A stretch of DNA of 64,000 nucleotides, taken from positions 15,252,001 to 15,316,000 of the forward strand of contig OZ059895.1 of assembly GCA_964057225.1 (NCBI GenBank). Reading direction: 5' to 3'. The position numbers were made by a program, and so were the translations under genes. The DNA comes from Auanema rhodensis (Eukaryota; Animalia; Nematoda). Shown piece after piece: positions 36,801 to 50,882 of the stretch (position 1 is its first letter; the number at the start of each line of letters is the position of its first letter). Below the pieces are notes generated by a model, which was not told the origin of the DNA, did no database searches, and worked only from the letters and a program-made list of their open reading frames with translations.

Positions 36801-38957
36801 GACCACTACAGCTAAGTGAGTTGCTTTCAAGTGTGACAACAAAGGACAAAAATCAGTAAACGACTTTCTGATTTCACGTTCAATTTAACATAGACAAGAC
36901 GACGTTGACAACAAAAAGACTGACCACAGGGAACGAAATACAAGAGCAAATGAGCTGAGCAAACATGTATAATGCACTTTTCAATGACCTTTCTCACGAA
37001 CTGCATATATACAGATAGCAACAGACGAAACAATGTCCAGTTAACTATTTTAGCCAAAGAAACATGAGTAGATTAGTCTAGGTTTCTAATTAATCAAAAT
37101 TGTTTTTTAATCTATCGATGGTCTTTGCTGATTCAATGAATTTGGTCGCATCATGCAAACAGTAGAAAGCGTTTTGGTCAATCATCATGGCGAGAAAGGA
37201 AGGAGAGGCGAGTGGTAAGAGTACGTAATTGAAATACAGAAGCTTATTCTCTCGTATGTTTCGTGTTTGCATCATCATTCTTTTATTTTCTTTTTTTTTT
37301 CGAAATAGACGACCCTTTCTAGACTTGTACGACTAATCGCCCAAAATTGCTCTCGTAATGTTGTGATTGGTCTTGTAGTCAAATATTTGATGGTCTAAGG
37401 TAGAGAAGAAAAGAGATCGAAGAGCTTTAAAGCTTAGAAAAACATATAGAGGATACTACTTATGATGATGAAACGGACCTAACGATCAACGTGTACGAAG
37501 ATTTGGTAGATTGAGAAGCTTCTTTAATGATTTTGTTCTCATGAGGTGGCGGCAAAAATGAGAATGAGACAAAGATTTGCTTGCACGAAGTTCGAAAATA
37601 TTTGAAAACGATGTCAAAACCAAATACAAAAGCTTGCTAGTTGTCAACAACAAAGCAAAATGGCAAAACGGAAATATGAAATGTGAATTACCTCCGTTAG
37701 CAACGAATGTAGTGTAATCAGTGGAAGCAGATGAGCAGAATTGAAGTGGATTAACGTGCTCTCCCATGGGAATGTCAGCGTTATCAGGATCAGTCATAGC
37801 TGGATTACGGAGCTGAGAGACTGGCATGGTAAGAAGATCGTCATCATATTCAGGAAGTGGACATCTGCAAGATATAGTCAGTGAGAATGATTGTGAACGA
37901 TACAAGACGTACTTTGGTACTGGATCGCCGTCTTCTCCGGAGTGAAGAACACAAACGACTCCATCTCTGGATTTGGCTTGAACGTAAGGAATTCCGTTAA
38001 CATCTTCTGGACATTCGCAACGAGACTTTTCGCATCTGAATAAGCAGATTGTGAGCATGGTAAGTTGTACGGAACGGCGTAAGAGTAAACAAGATGGAAA
38101 AGGTGTTACCTGGACTCTGGCCAGACAGCAGAACACTGTTCAGCGTATTGACATCCACTCTCTCCTGGATTCTTCTTAAGATAACAGTATCCTTGGATGG
38201 CAACAAAGTTGCTCAAGCATGTACATGATCCAGTAGAGCAGAACATACCCTAGAGAGGTTACAGATGAGTTTTTATAGAAGATTCATCATGACTTACAGT
38301 GAGACAGTCAGTGTTGAAAGAACAGAAATCTCCAACACGTCCAGATCCGGCAACACCTTGACGCTTGTATCGAACATTTCCAGAACGACACTTGCCATCG
38401 ATGAAGAACTCTTTGCGAGCGCAAAGCTTGCGTTCAACTTCCTTCTTGATCAAATTACAAACAAGAAAAGCATTCTCGTGCATATCAGTTTTACTGAAAA
38501 GTTTAAGAACAAAATAAGAAAATGCTGTTGCAAAGGCTGCAGCTTACTTGGTAGCTTGATCACAGTACAGAGATTCGGCAGTAAATTCTTCATCACATGA
38601 CATACCGACGTCCAAAAGTGTACAAGAATCGCAGTCATTACCGATTTCACATCGTTTATTGGCTGCGACGCCTCCTGCAACAAACCAAGACTTATTGGAC
38701 GCAGTAAGTTGAAAAAAGTTTCAAGTTTGAGCATAGGCTGTTACGGAATATGAGTTTCATTTACAAGGCTTTGATTGATTTAGTTAAATAATAGAAAAAA
38801 AAAGAACTCAAGTCTTATTTGAAATAAAATTTGAAAAACATAACGGTGCATATGCTCGGTTAAGCTCAAGTTTATGGAAGAAGAAACTGGATTGAAAATG
38901 AATATTGTTCTAGAACTTACCTAATAATAGGAGCGTCACTCCAATGAGCCACTTCAT
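30824..38957 (-). CDS. Large secreted Kunitz/BPTI + Lustrin(WR1/DC) + EB-module extracellular matrix protein, paralog A
   Basis: Starts [12 protein letters not shown]. Five Kunitz-like repeats (for example [24 protein letters not shown]) alternate with C..CP..Y.C..CC Lustrin modules over many exons. Confidence 0.85.
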
Positions 38958-40637
38958 GATTGGTCTAAGACCTTTGAAATCCTATCAGTGAATACAGATA
39001 ATAGCTTGTTGGCGGCAGCAACAGACTAATTTGCAAAAATTGAAAGAGAATTGAAAATTTTCAGATCAAATGTTGACAGCTTCTACTGGAATAATAGTAG
39101 TATTCACGATAGTTAGTAGATAAAGAGAGAGAGAAACGAGAGAACAAGATATATCTATATATAAATAGAGAGAGATAGAGAAAGAGAGAGCTAATTGGAG
39201 TTGAGTAGCTCGTCTGACTGACCGTCAGTCGTGTGCTGTTGCTGTTGCTCTGAATAGTCTTAAGTTAGAAGAGAAGAACCTCCCACCTCCTAAGATGGTG
39301 AAGCCAGCCCCCCTCCGTTAAGCGTCCGACTCCGCCTTGTTGTCTCTCTCTTCGTAATACTATGAATTTTGTTCATTGGCTTAAGGTAAAATGAGGCGAG
39401 AGAGAAGATAGAAGAGATGAGAGGGATAGAGAGAGAGAGAGAGAGAGATAGAGGAGGAGGAAATGAGAATAGTGAGGTGTTAGGGAGACGTGAGACAGAG
39501 ATGGAACGGGAATATAAAAAAGTAAAAGAAAAACTTGATTGAACGCTATCATCTGCTCAAAAAAACGAATTCTTTTTGAAATTCTGACCATAAGAAGTAT
39601 GATCATTGTGCTCCATTACATGCTCTTGAACTTCATCTTCTATGAATACCTCTCTTTCTCTCTTTCTCTCTCTCTCCCTTTCAAATTTTGTTCATTGTGT
39701 TCGTTGCTACTACTATTATAAGAAGAATCCTCAAAAGGATGATAAGGCCAACTTTTTGTAACCGTCTACCACACTTCAGTCAGTTCACGTCGTCAACCTC
39801 ACATCTCTTCGTTGTCTTTATCTCGGCACTTGACAACAGAAAAATCACTGAACGGTCATCAAAAGCAAACAGATGAGTCGTCGTAAACGTTAGTTAGTTT
39901 CCATTGGGATTAGTATGGCGTTTCGTCACGAAGACGGGACGTCGAACACTCTGTTTCTGCAGTTAACCTCGCTCAAAGAGTCTGAAACGCCGACGCATCG
40001 ATGGTCAGTTTCACTACATCTACACGAGATCGTGGTTTACACAGAAGGCGAGTCAGCAGACAGAAACTAAAAATAGCTGAAGGGAGCATAAAAGGAGAAG
40101 TGTGGTTAAAGGTTGAAAATGACAAAAAGCGAATAAATAGCCGTTTTCATCGTATGTATATGCTATAGTTAGCAGTATTATGCTTTCAGATGAGTCTCGA
40201 GAATAAAAAAAATCAGAAGAATAGTTGTGAAAATTCATTGAACGAACGAAACAGCACCAACAGCAAGAGCACTAGCTTCAGCAGCAGCAGCAGCAACTGC
40301 TGAAGTAGTCATACTGTAGTTTATTGCAAATATAGATATGTATTTATATATTATTTTTAATATATATGATATATATGGTATAAATAGACAAGAAAAACTG
40401 GAACAACAGTGTCAAATCAAGTGTAGTGATGGTTGTAGAGAAGAAGAAGAAGAAGGAGAAGGAGAAGAAACACATCGTATAGTATATTGTCATCTGAATT
40501 TCAATTATGAAACAGACGTCATAGTCGTAGTTTTGTGATCAAATTGAGAAAATGGGATCTGAAGGAAAAGGAACGTCATGTGAAGTATCAACGAGATTGA
40601 TGGCAGTAGCAGTACAGTTACCAAAGAAGTAGAACTA

Positions 40638-43439
40638 TCAACGTCGTCGACATTCTACTGAACGAGATCGGTTGCAAGCAGGAGCTGAAAAATAGATATA
40701 ACTCAAGCTTTCGCTATCAACATGATGAATTTTTTGGTTTTTGCTTTTATGTTCAAATCAAATTCGAATTCTTATTGTGAGAATGGGTTATAACTTACTA
40801 CATAAGAAGCCATGTTGACTTTCTTCTGTGACGTAACCACGCGGACACATTGGCTGCGCTTGTCGACGACGGCGTCGTCCATCCACGGATGATGCACAGC
40901 ATTTTTTGCCCAAACATTGGTAGCCTTCTGGACATTGTCGCAATGAGTTGCATGCTAACGGCAGCTGAAACACAATTGTGTTGAAAATGATATGAACAGG
41001 TTGAACAGAATACTTACGTCAGTGGAAGGGAAAAGCAGAGGAATGTCTCCGTTCGGACAACGAGCGGCTGAACCGATATTTCGGCCTGGCAGAACACGAT
41101 TGCTGAAATGCAGCTTGAAGCATTAGAATTGTAACTATCTCAACTTACTTTGTAGGCTTGGCTCTTTCCGTAATTCGACTAGTGTAAGGTACATAAGTTC
41201 CCGTCTTTGGTTTATACGCAGTTGTAGTACCACGACCAGCATATGGCACGTATGTTCCAGGTTTCAGATTGTTACTGTTCACGGTGCCACGAACAGCAAG
41301 AGGTATGACATTTCCGGACTTCTTCGTAGAACTTATAACACCAGTCAGAGGACGAATCAGCTTCTTGGCATTAATACCACAACAGATATACCGTTTGACA
41401 GTCTTTGAGTAAGAGCAGACAGATGTCTTTGGACATGCCAGTGCTCCAACACAGTCTTGAAGATCATAGTCCGTAGTAAGAATAGGAGAACGTCCGATAC
41501 CGCAGAGATTTGCTGAAAATACATTCGCTCATACACTATCACTATCCGATATCAAGTACAAGTACCTAGACAACGATTCTTGAATGGAGCTAATCCTTCT
41601 GGACAATGACAGACGCCCTTCGTAGTGCATTCAGATCCATTTTGACACTGCTCATCGGCTTCACAGTCTTCATTCAATCCTACCATCTTTAAGCATTTTC
41701 CATTAACCTTAAACGAATGATATCAGATTATGCAATTCCATCGTCATCACATACGTCAATTTCATCTGATTGACATCCCATCTTCTCACATACACCATCG
41801 CGTTCTTCATAGTTTTTGATGCATTGACAAAGCCTATTGATGCATTCAGCTCCAGTATTACATTGAGTTGATAGAATACAAGTAGCTCCCGGTGTTCCAC
41901 GTAATCTGAACCGTAGAGCATGTAAAACGCAGTTATTTCAAGTTCTATTAATGCTTAAAGCTTGAAGCTCAAGTTCAATGCTATATATGAGATGATCAAT
42001 CATTATCTTCTTTACTTCCTCATAATCATCTTTTTCGTTTTCATTATCAGCGTCAGCTCACACACTTCGCTTTTTCCTTTTTTTTTGCTGTGACTAAACA
42101 TACGTACATCTGGCTATCCGTCTATTGACCTTTCAACTCTTAGCAAAACATTGTCTTAAGTACGTCCAACAGATTTTCTTTCATCCTAATTAGTTGTGCA
42201 ACTTAGCAAAAAATGCTTTAAGCTCACAAAAGGCTTGCGCCGATTATAGAAAAGTACATACTTGCATTTTCCATTTGTCCAGACACTATCTGATGGACAC
42301 TTGTTTTCAAGCTTTACTGTTGTTTCAGGCTCTTCTGATGTTGTGATCGTCGCGCTAGCATCTGTAGATGTCATTGGGACATCTTTACCTCCCTTAAAGA
42401 TCATAAGAGTATTTGTTAAAACATCCAAATATGCTGAAAACTTACAATTCGTGGAACTAATGGTCGCTCTTCTGGTGGTGAAGTACAACAGATATTACGA
42501 CTTGTACGTGTTCTCTGACAACTATAGCCATCAGGGCATGTGGGATTGCGTGGATTACATTCTAATGGTCCTCCAGTTAAGTCAATGAATGCTACTGATT
42601 CATTTGGACAGCCTACAGTATCAGTTAGTGATTCACATTCAAGCTTGGAATCGTACCTGCTTTATGACCGCAACATTGAAATTGTTTATTTTTATCAGAA
42701 AATTGACAAAAGTATCCTGTTGGACAGCTTTGACCAGAAGCAGTACATATAACTGGTCGATTATCATTAACTAAAGCTACTTGAGATAGTGGACATCCAA
42801 GTTCTACAAATAAAATTTTACATGTTAATATAAATTTTTAAATTCAAATTTAAAAAAAAAAGAAGAAGCGCCAAATATGACGTAACACGTGAACGTGAAC
42901 GCATACCATTTATTGTATTCAGATGTATTGAATTGGTTGATAGAATTTGTTGTTGATATCTAATATCATTTAATGCTTTTCATAATGCTTTAAGTTGCTA
43001 TTTTGTCTTCTTTTCTCAAACTTTAAGTTTCTTACTTGAAATGCTATGTACATACATATGGTATGTAGACTTTGTGCTCATTCTTTTCAATCATTAGTAA
43101 AAACGATTTCACGTAATCTCAAATAAGATTAAGGTTTTCCTTCTAAGCCGTATAACCAAACGAGAAACTTCTTTTGACGAAACGGCTGTTTGCGTATGCT
43201 GTTCTCCCATATATAGCAAAGAAGATGTAATGTGTAAGCGCCTTTACTGCCGACAGACAGTGTATAGGAACATACGAAAATGTTCGCAAGTGGAAGGTAG
43301 ATGAGCGAACGAAAGAGAGATGGTTGAAGGAGTATGGTGAGATGAAGTTATTTAAAGGAGAAAAATGAATAGAAGAAACTAGTAGAGGGGCTAGAGGTAA
43401 CAGGCTGACAGAGAGAGAGAAAGAAAAAGAGAGAGGGAC

Positions 43440-43471
<32 letters not shown>

Positions 43472-45701
43472 TAGAACAGCATCATCAGCGTGAGACAGCG
43501 ATAGTAAAGTGAGTTCGTAAAGAGTATGAACCGAAAAGGAGTTAGAAGAAGGTGAACAACATGTGGATATTGTTCCGCGTGTGATCGTTCGGAAACACTT
43601 TTTCTCTTCATTCGGCTCAACCATCTCTTGTTTTAGGCTATGTTTAACAGTATTAAGTATCATCATTACCCACGACGAAAGACACGCGAGCCAAACAAAG
43701 AATTTCCATTTATTTGAAAAAAAAAAGCTGCGGAGCCGTATGAATGGAATGCGAGGGTGGGAAAAACGAGGGAAATTCGAAAAAAATGGCGATTCAACTT
43801 CGTTTTTTTAAAAATTTGGTTGAGAAGAACGGTGAGGTTAGAAGCTTACCTTCTTGCTCTATTTCTTCTTCTTCTATTGGATCTTTTCCACAGCATTGAT
43901 AACGTTGGAAAGCGATGGCAAATTGACATGAATACGTTGTTGGGCAGCCCTGAAAAATGCGGATCGTCAAGTTTTATCTTTTGGAAGAAAAGGATACCTT
44001 GTTTTCAAGATTGAACGGATCACATTGGACGATTTCATTTTTCTTAGTGAACGCATATTCATTTGGAGGACATCCTTCTGAAAAGAATTCAGAACTTAGA
44101 TGATGGAAATTTTCAAAAATTTTGTCAATGAATTGCTGTTGTTGTTGTTGTTGTTGTTGTTGATGATGATGATGATGATGTTGCTGCACGAATGGTAAAC
44201 GAACCAGATATAGCATTGATTTCTCCTTTACAACAGAATCCGCTGGCTGACGATGGTGAGCTACGATGACAGCGATATCCTGATGGACAGCTGATAAAGG
44301 CTCCTGGAGTACAAATCTTTGGCATTTTCGTCTTGTCATCCACTAAGAATTCAGCATCTCCTTTACACACATCTACAACAATGAGCATAAGTATACTGTA
44401 ATGAATGTTGCCCTAATGCTACTTTTAGCTGAACAGCAATAGCCTTGAAGAACACTCTTGCTTCGACTTTGACATGTATAGCCATCGCTACATGTGTTCG
44501 CATGTCCTATCGTACATCTTTGAGGCAAAGTCGTCTTTGGAGCACGAAACAAGGCTCGACCATCTGGACAAACATCTGAAAAAACATATAATTTGCATCA
44601 TCATGTTCATATTTTGTCATCAAAATGAGCTAAAAGGTAAATGAATTGATGACGATCGGATAGATAGCTGCTACTGTTTGCTCTCTTACGTGATCTAATG
44701 AGAAGCAACAACGGTCAACACCACATCGGTCAGGCCGGCCAACATGATGATGAAGAAGAAGAAAAAGAAGTAGCTAGCTCAATGATGAAGATAATCATCG
44801 ATGTTAATCAGAAAAAGGGAAACTGAATATTTTGCTTCTGCTCATCGTGTTTATCACTCTTACTATATCATATAAATCAGCTCTTTTTCATTATTATTTG
44901 TATTAGTAAGTAGACATATACATACAACAGATGCTTCAACTTTTTGATAATTTGAGAGCAAATGAGTGAGGAGTTCCTCTTAATGTTTGCCGCGTTCACG
45001 CAAAAAAGCGAGCGAACATCATCTGTCATTCTCGGACCTGGTACAGCTTTGTCGAATGAGGAAGAAGCTTTTCGTTTTATGTTTTAAGATGAAAACCAAC
45101 GTTTTTCTCGCAGCAGAATGATCGTTTAATTATTTGTTAATACATGTTCTTAACTAAGATTTAATAGAATAGTGGTAAAGCTTAAGTTTGTAAGCGTATC
45201 GCCAGGTGTTCTCAACGACGACGATGCTTCTGATGACAGTCTGTGACGTGACAATGAAAATGCTTTTTCGATAGTTCAGGCACGCGAAACATCGTTCTAT
45301 TCTCAATTGTGTATTTGAACAGTTTCTTCTATTATAACAAAGGAGCGGCATGTGATCTTGGCAGATCTGTATCTCTCTAACCCTATCTTACTTGGGTGTG
45401 TATACTACTATACATGATGAGATCTATTTACCTTATATAGGTAGCAACAATCAAACTTTCTAAAGAGAGTTTAGGGAGGTTCAGGAGAGAGAGAGAGAGA
45501 GAGGGAGAGAGAGAGAGGGAGTACATCTCTACAGAAAAGAGATATTTCAATATAAAATATGATGACACAGAGAAAATGAGAGAATTCTATTGAGAAGATT
45601 GTCTGCAAGCATCAGAAGACGAAGGTATATGTTTCTGACCATGTTTGTATATAATATAAACATATGTATAGTAGCTCTTACACTCCCTCATTGCCTCCCT
45701 T

Positions 45702-45764
<63 letters not shown>

Positions 45765-47270
45765 ATCTCTCTCTCTCTCTCCCTGCTCTTGCTTTAACTC
45801 TTCTTGTCATCTTTCTATGTCTTTCTCTTCATTCAATAAACTTCAACTTTAGAATATGATCTTACTTAGATTAGAAGAGGTTAATAGGGACCAAGAATTT
45901 TAAAATTCAACTATCAAACAACAGGTAAATTGAACAAACGAAGTTGAGCAATGGGAACGATGAGGTAGTTAGAGAGGGAAGGAGGGAGCCGAGGGGACAA
46001 ACATCCGTAGTAGAACATACTATAAAGAGAATGACACAACGGAATGAGAGAGAGAGGGTAGTAGCTAGTTGATGTTACATCATACATTATGATTTTTCAA
46101 ATTTCAATTGTATGAATATTGAACTAACTATCTGTAGTTGGTGCACAGCAGTAGTATCGATTCTTCTGAGCGCTGAATCTGCATAAGAAGTTAGCTGGAC
46201 AGCTGCCGGGTATGTTGATAGCACATTCTCTTACAGTCTCATCCATGGGATTGATGAATGCACGCTCACCACTTGGGCACACATCTGAAAACAGTGACAC
46301 ATGATTGGCTGAGTTATGTTGTTGTCGAAGAGAAGCAACGTTGTGCTCATCTAGCAGATCGTACCCATGCTCGTAGAGCCACAACACACATATCCTGATG
46401 TGAGTGAGTTGAAGCGACAATGGAAATTAGCTGGACAACTGTTCTTCAGCACACTATTACAGTCATAAGCTCGTTTACTATTGATATCCTTATAAGCAAC
46501 TTCACCAACACCACAGCCTGAATAAAGGTTGAAACATTTTCTAAAACTTGAATGTAAGCATTAAAGCTTACCAACTGATGAGCAGAAGTTGTTGCATTCT
46601 CCTTGAGAACCAAAGTTATTCAGATTACCATTACATCCATTATATTGGAATGATGTACAATCTTTTGTTACAATATTAAAGTAATATCTATAAAATTAGA
46701 ATTTTGAAATAACTATTTTCCCGCCGCAAATGCTCTATGTCACGAACCTTGTTACCGATATTTTGGAGCAATGATTTCCTTGTTGTGGCGGCTGACTACA
46801 TATATGAGCTGAAATGATGAAACTTGAATTTAGCAGCATGTTTTGAGCATTATGAACCAACCTTTTGTAGGACAACATCTACTAGCTACATTTCCATTCG
46901 AAGGAATTGTAATACATTCATGAGTTGATGGACATAGCTTGACGTCTGAACAGGACATCTGACGATTGGAGCCTTCATCTCGCAATGGATTTCCTCCATT
47001 TGGACAACCTGAATGAAGTGCTCATCATAGATCCGATCACAACAGATGTTACCTCCAACTCCACAGTACTGCTGACATTCGTCAGAATTCAAGAAGTTAT
47101 TGCTGTTACCATCACATCCTTCATATTGGAAAGTTTCACATGATTGCTTATTTGAATTGAAGTAATAGCGATATGATCTTCCGGAACCACATTGAACTCC
47201 CTTATCCGGATTCAATGAGCAGGTAAATGCTGTAACGAACAAACGAAGATTCAAGAAAATCCATGAGCAA

Positions 47271-47317
<47 letters not shown>

Positions 47318-50300
47318 ATTTCTTTGCTTGTAATACCTTTAGTTGGACAGCAACCATAGGTTGTTCCATCATACGTACACACATAGTTAACTGGACATTT
47401 CGGTCCATTCTGCTTATCCGAGCATTGCTGGTAATTGCCATTACGATCCTTGTAAGCTCGACCATGTGGACATTTTGGTTCCACTGAAACACAGAATATA
47501 GATGACGATGTTAAGATGGCAGAAGACATCAGAATCTTACTTGCTATTCCACGACAACGTTGTTGACAATGTACAAGAGAAGCAAAGTTATTATCATTTC
47601 CCTGACATCCAGTATAATGGAATAATTCGCATTGTCTTGTTGCAGCATTATACCAATATCTTCGAACAGATGATGTACAATCTCCTAATCGTTTAGGCTG
47701 TGTACACAATGATTCTGAAGTTCGTTATATACTATATATATATAGTTAACGAAGAGCTCTATATAGTTAACGAAGAGCACTAGCAACATACGAGGTGTTG
47801 GACAGCAGACTTTGTGACTTCCTTGACATGTATGAGATGATGGACAATCATTATTCGTCTCACATCGTTGCCATTCTTCACCAATTCTCAAAGGATTACC
47901 ATTTTCACAGACTACTGTAAGAATACAAGCATTATGTTTGAACTTTTAAAATCATTTTCAACATTTTGAACAAAAAGCTTCGCATTCCTGTTTTGTCACA
48001 AAGTTGTTGTAATTTCCAAGTCCGTTGTACATGAAGTTGACACATCGTCCTTGTTCAGCATCATAGTAATAGCGAATAGTAGACTTTCTGAAGTATTGTA
48101 ACATCAATAAAGCTTGATGTAACTCCATTATCAACATACTGTCCAGCAATTAATGCTCCTCGATCATAGCTCTCTAATGGCTTTGAAGGATATGCTCGTC
48201 CACCAGCAGCACTACAGATATTCGCTAAAATAAAATGTTTTTACATGATTCATGATGAATATACATCATATGAGGGGTTGCTCTTTTGAATGTCGATGTG
48301 TAGCCATTGGATGATTCCGAAGGCTCAACGTCTAGATTCAGATTTTCAACATTTCGAACTGGCCGGAGTATGTTAACTAGCTCAATTTCTCAGAATGGAT
48401 GAAGAAGGAAGCTTTAATTGAAATGACGTCATATCAAAAAGGAAATGATTCGGCTTGCTATTACGTCATCATTCCATTTTGAATTGTTTACACTGGATGA
48501 ACGGTTGCTCATGGCCAACCTCAAGTACTTACCGGTCGTTGGACAACACATCTGTTGTGATCCCAGAAGAACACAGGTATGTTCAGAACCACATTTGGAC
48601 ATTGAAGCTAAGCAATTGGTCTTTGGAACTTCATCAACAATTGAATGTTTTGAAGCTACAAATTCACTTGTTCCACGTTTACAAGCTGCAATAAAGCATC
48701 AGATATAAGATGTTGATGAAGAAACATCATACTATCACGGCAGTACGATTCACAATGTTCAGCTGTTTTGAAGTTGTTGGGTGAAGCTCCTTGTATGGTA
48801 TCTGGATCCCACATAAACTGTACGCAACTTCCAGTTGCTGAGTTATACCACCAGCGAGGAATTGATGGCTCTGGTCCTGCTTCCATTGGCTGCGTACAGG
48901 TGAAAGCTGAAAACGACCAATTCTGAATGATGATGCAACGTGATGGAACAGATACCTCGATTATGACAACAGACTCCATCAACGCTATCAGCATAATCAG
49001 GGAAAAGATGCTTACTGACCTAAGGAGAGTTGAAGTTCGAAAAGCTTGTGGAGAAACTTAAATTCAAACCTGAGGGTGTGAAACACAGTTATAGATGTCA
49101 GCAATGTAGATGTCATCATCACCATCGGGATAGATACACCAAGTTGAACCATCTCCGCCGTTGGAGTTGAAAACTTCGTTTGAACGTGAGTTACAAAGGA
49201 CAGGCCTAGAAGAGATTCATGAAGTTGATGAGCACAACGAGAAGTTTTCTTACATATATTCTCCAGGATTCATAGGATGCGTTGTTGGATTGGCTAAGAC
49301 TGTAGCTGGATTAGGAACTCCATTATGAGCTTCTGGCAAAGGACAGCTGGGTGGAATTCCGGCAGAAACACAAACAGTTCCATCTCTGAAGCGTAACGAT
49401 CTGATGAGCAGCATTGCTCCGACATAGTTCTAACCTTGTGCGACTGGGTATAGTTTCCTCGGGACATTCACACATTCCAGAAGATGAGCAACGAGCACCA
49501 GGCCATACAGCTTCGCACTGTCTTGTTTCAACACAACCAGATTCTCCAGGATTAATTTCTGAAAGAAGTCATGATTTCAGCAATTTTTTAGGAGCTTTTT
49601 CTAATTTTACTTGGCCAGCAATGATGAGCAATGGACACGAAATCGGTCAGACATCCACAGATACCTCCTCCACAGAACATTCCACGTTGACAATCAGTAT
49701 TGAATGAACATGAATCACCAACACGTGAAGATCCTGAAAGATAGTTAGTTATCCATCAGAAGGCTTATCACGACGTCTGTATGGCTATACCAGTTGAGGA
49801 ACGTTTATGACGATGCCTTGAGAAATCCTCGTAGCTGTGGAAGAAGCTTGACCCTTCTGCTTCGTCCTCATTCTCATTTTCCTCGTTCTCATAATCATCT
49901 TCGGCAGGTTGGCATCTTCTGGTTGCCGGATTGAAGAAGCCTGGCATCTTCTCATGTGAGCAATCAAGTACTTTCATCACGAAATCAACACATATCAAGT
50001 ATTTCGATGAAGAATATCCAACATCCCTAGAAAGATCACCATCTAACATAGCTATCTTATTCAACTAAGGTTGCAGGAAGTTTCATTTCGTTTTTTTTCG
50101 AGGAGGTCAGCACGAGACAGGTAAAAGCTGTCAAGTTGATGGCGTAAGCGATGAATGGTCATTTATTTACTTTTCTAATATCATACCGTACAATAGTTAG
50201 ACATATTCAGAATTGAAAAAAAAATTCATTTCAATCAAATAAGTTTTTAAGTCAAAAGTAGGCTGTTAATTCAAGTTTTTGAAAATGAACTACTCCCCAA

Positions 50301-50445
50301 CCACCCCCGTCAAGTAAGACTTCGATAGGTTGGAACTTTGAGAATTTTCTACCATTTCAAAATTATTTTTTATACGAATAGTTAGCTTGTTGTTGATCAT
50401 TCATTCCATTCATCGTTATCAAGATTCAGTTGAAGTTTCAAGACA

Positions 50446-50511
<66 letters not shown>

Positions 50512-50772
50512 AATTTAAGATTAAACTGACTTTGTTTCATTTCGACAGTAATAGTATGGAAGATGTTCATTTGTATTACATGATTCTCCTGGCGTTATCA
50601 AATCACACTCAGAACAGGCTAAACCTTCTTCACAGTAAGCAGATACAGAAGGTGCAAAAGCTAAAAATATCAAAATAGATAAGCTGAAGATAGGAAAAAG
50701 GAATGAGAAGGATAAAGTATTAGAAACAAGGTATTAGTACAGTTGAATAGGAAAAAGGAATCTTCTAGATAT

Positions 50773-50812
<40 letters not shown>

Positions 50813-50882
50813 TATTATGAGTTGAAGAAGATATTCTGGGTGCAAACTGCCTACCTAATAGTGCTGCCAATACGAAGAGCAT
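40638..50882 (-). CDS. Large secreted Kunitz/Lustrin/EB protein, paralog B
   Basis: Starts [17 protein letters not shown]. Domain order is colinear with paralog A, sharing [27 protein letters not shown] and [11 protein letters not shown]. Confidence 0.85.

Noticed and set aside
44125-44190. Poly-His/Gln or poly-Ser/Thr coding tract
   Set aside because: It lies inside a GT..AG intron of Kunitz paralog B and is a trinucleotide microsatellite.
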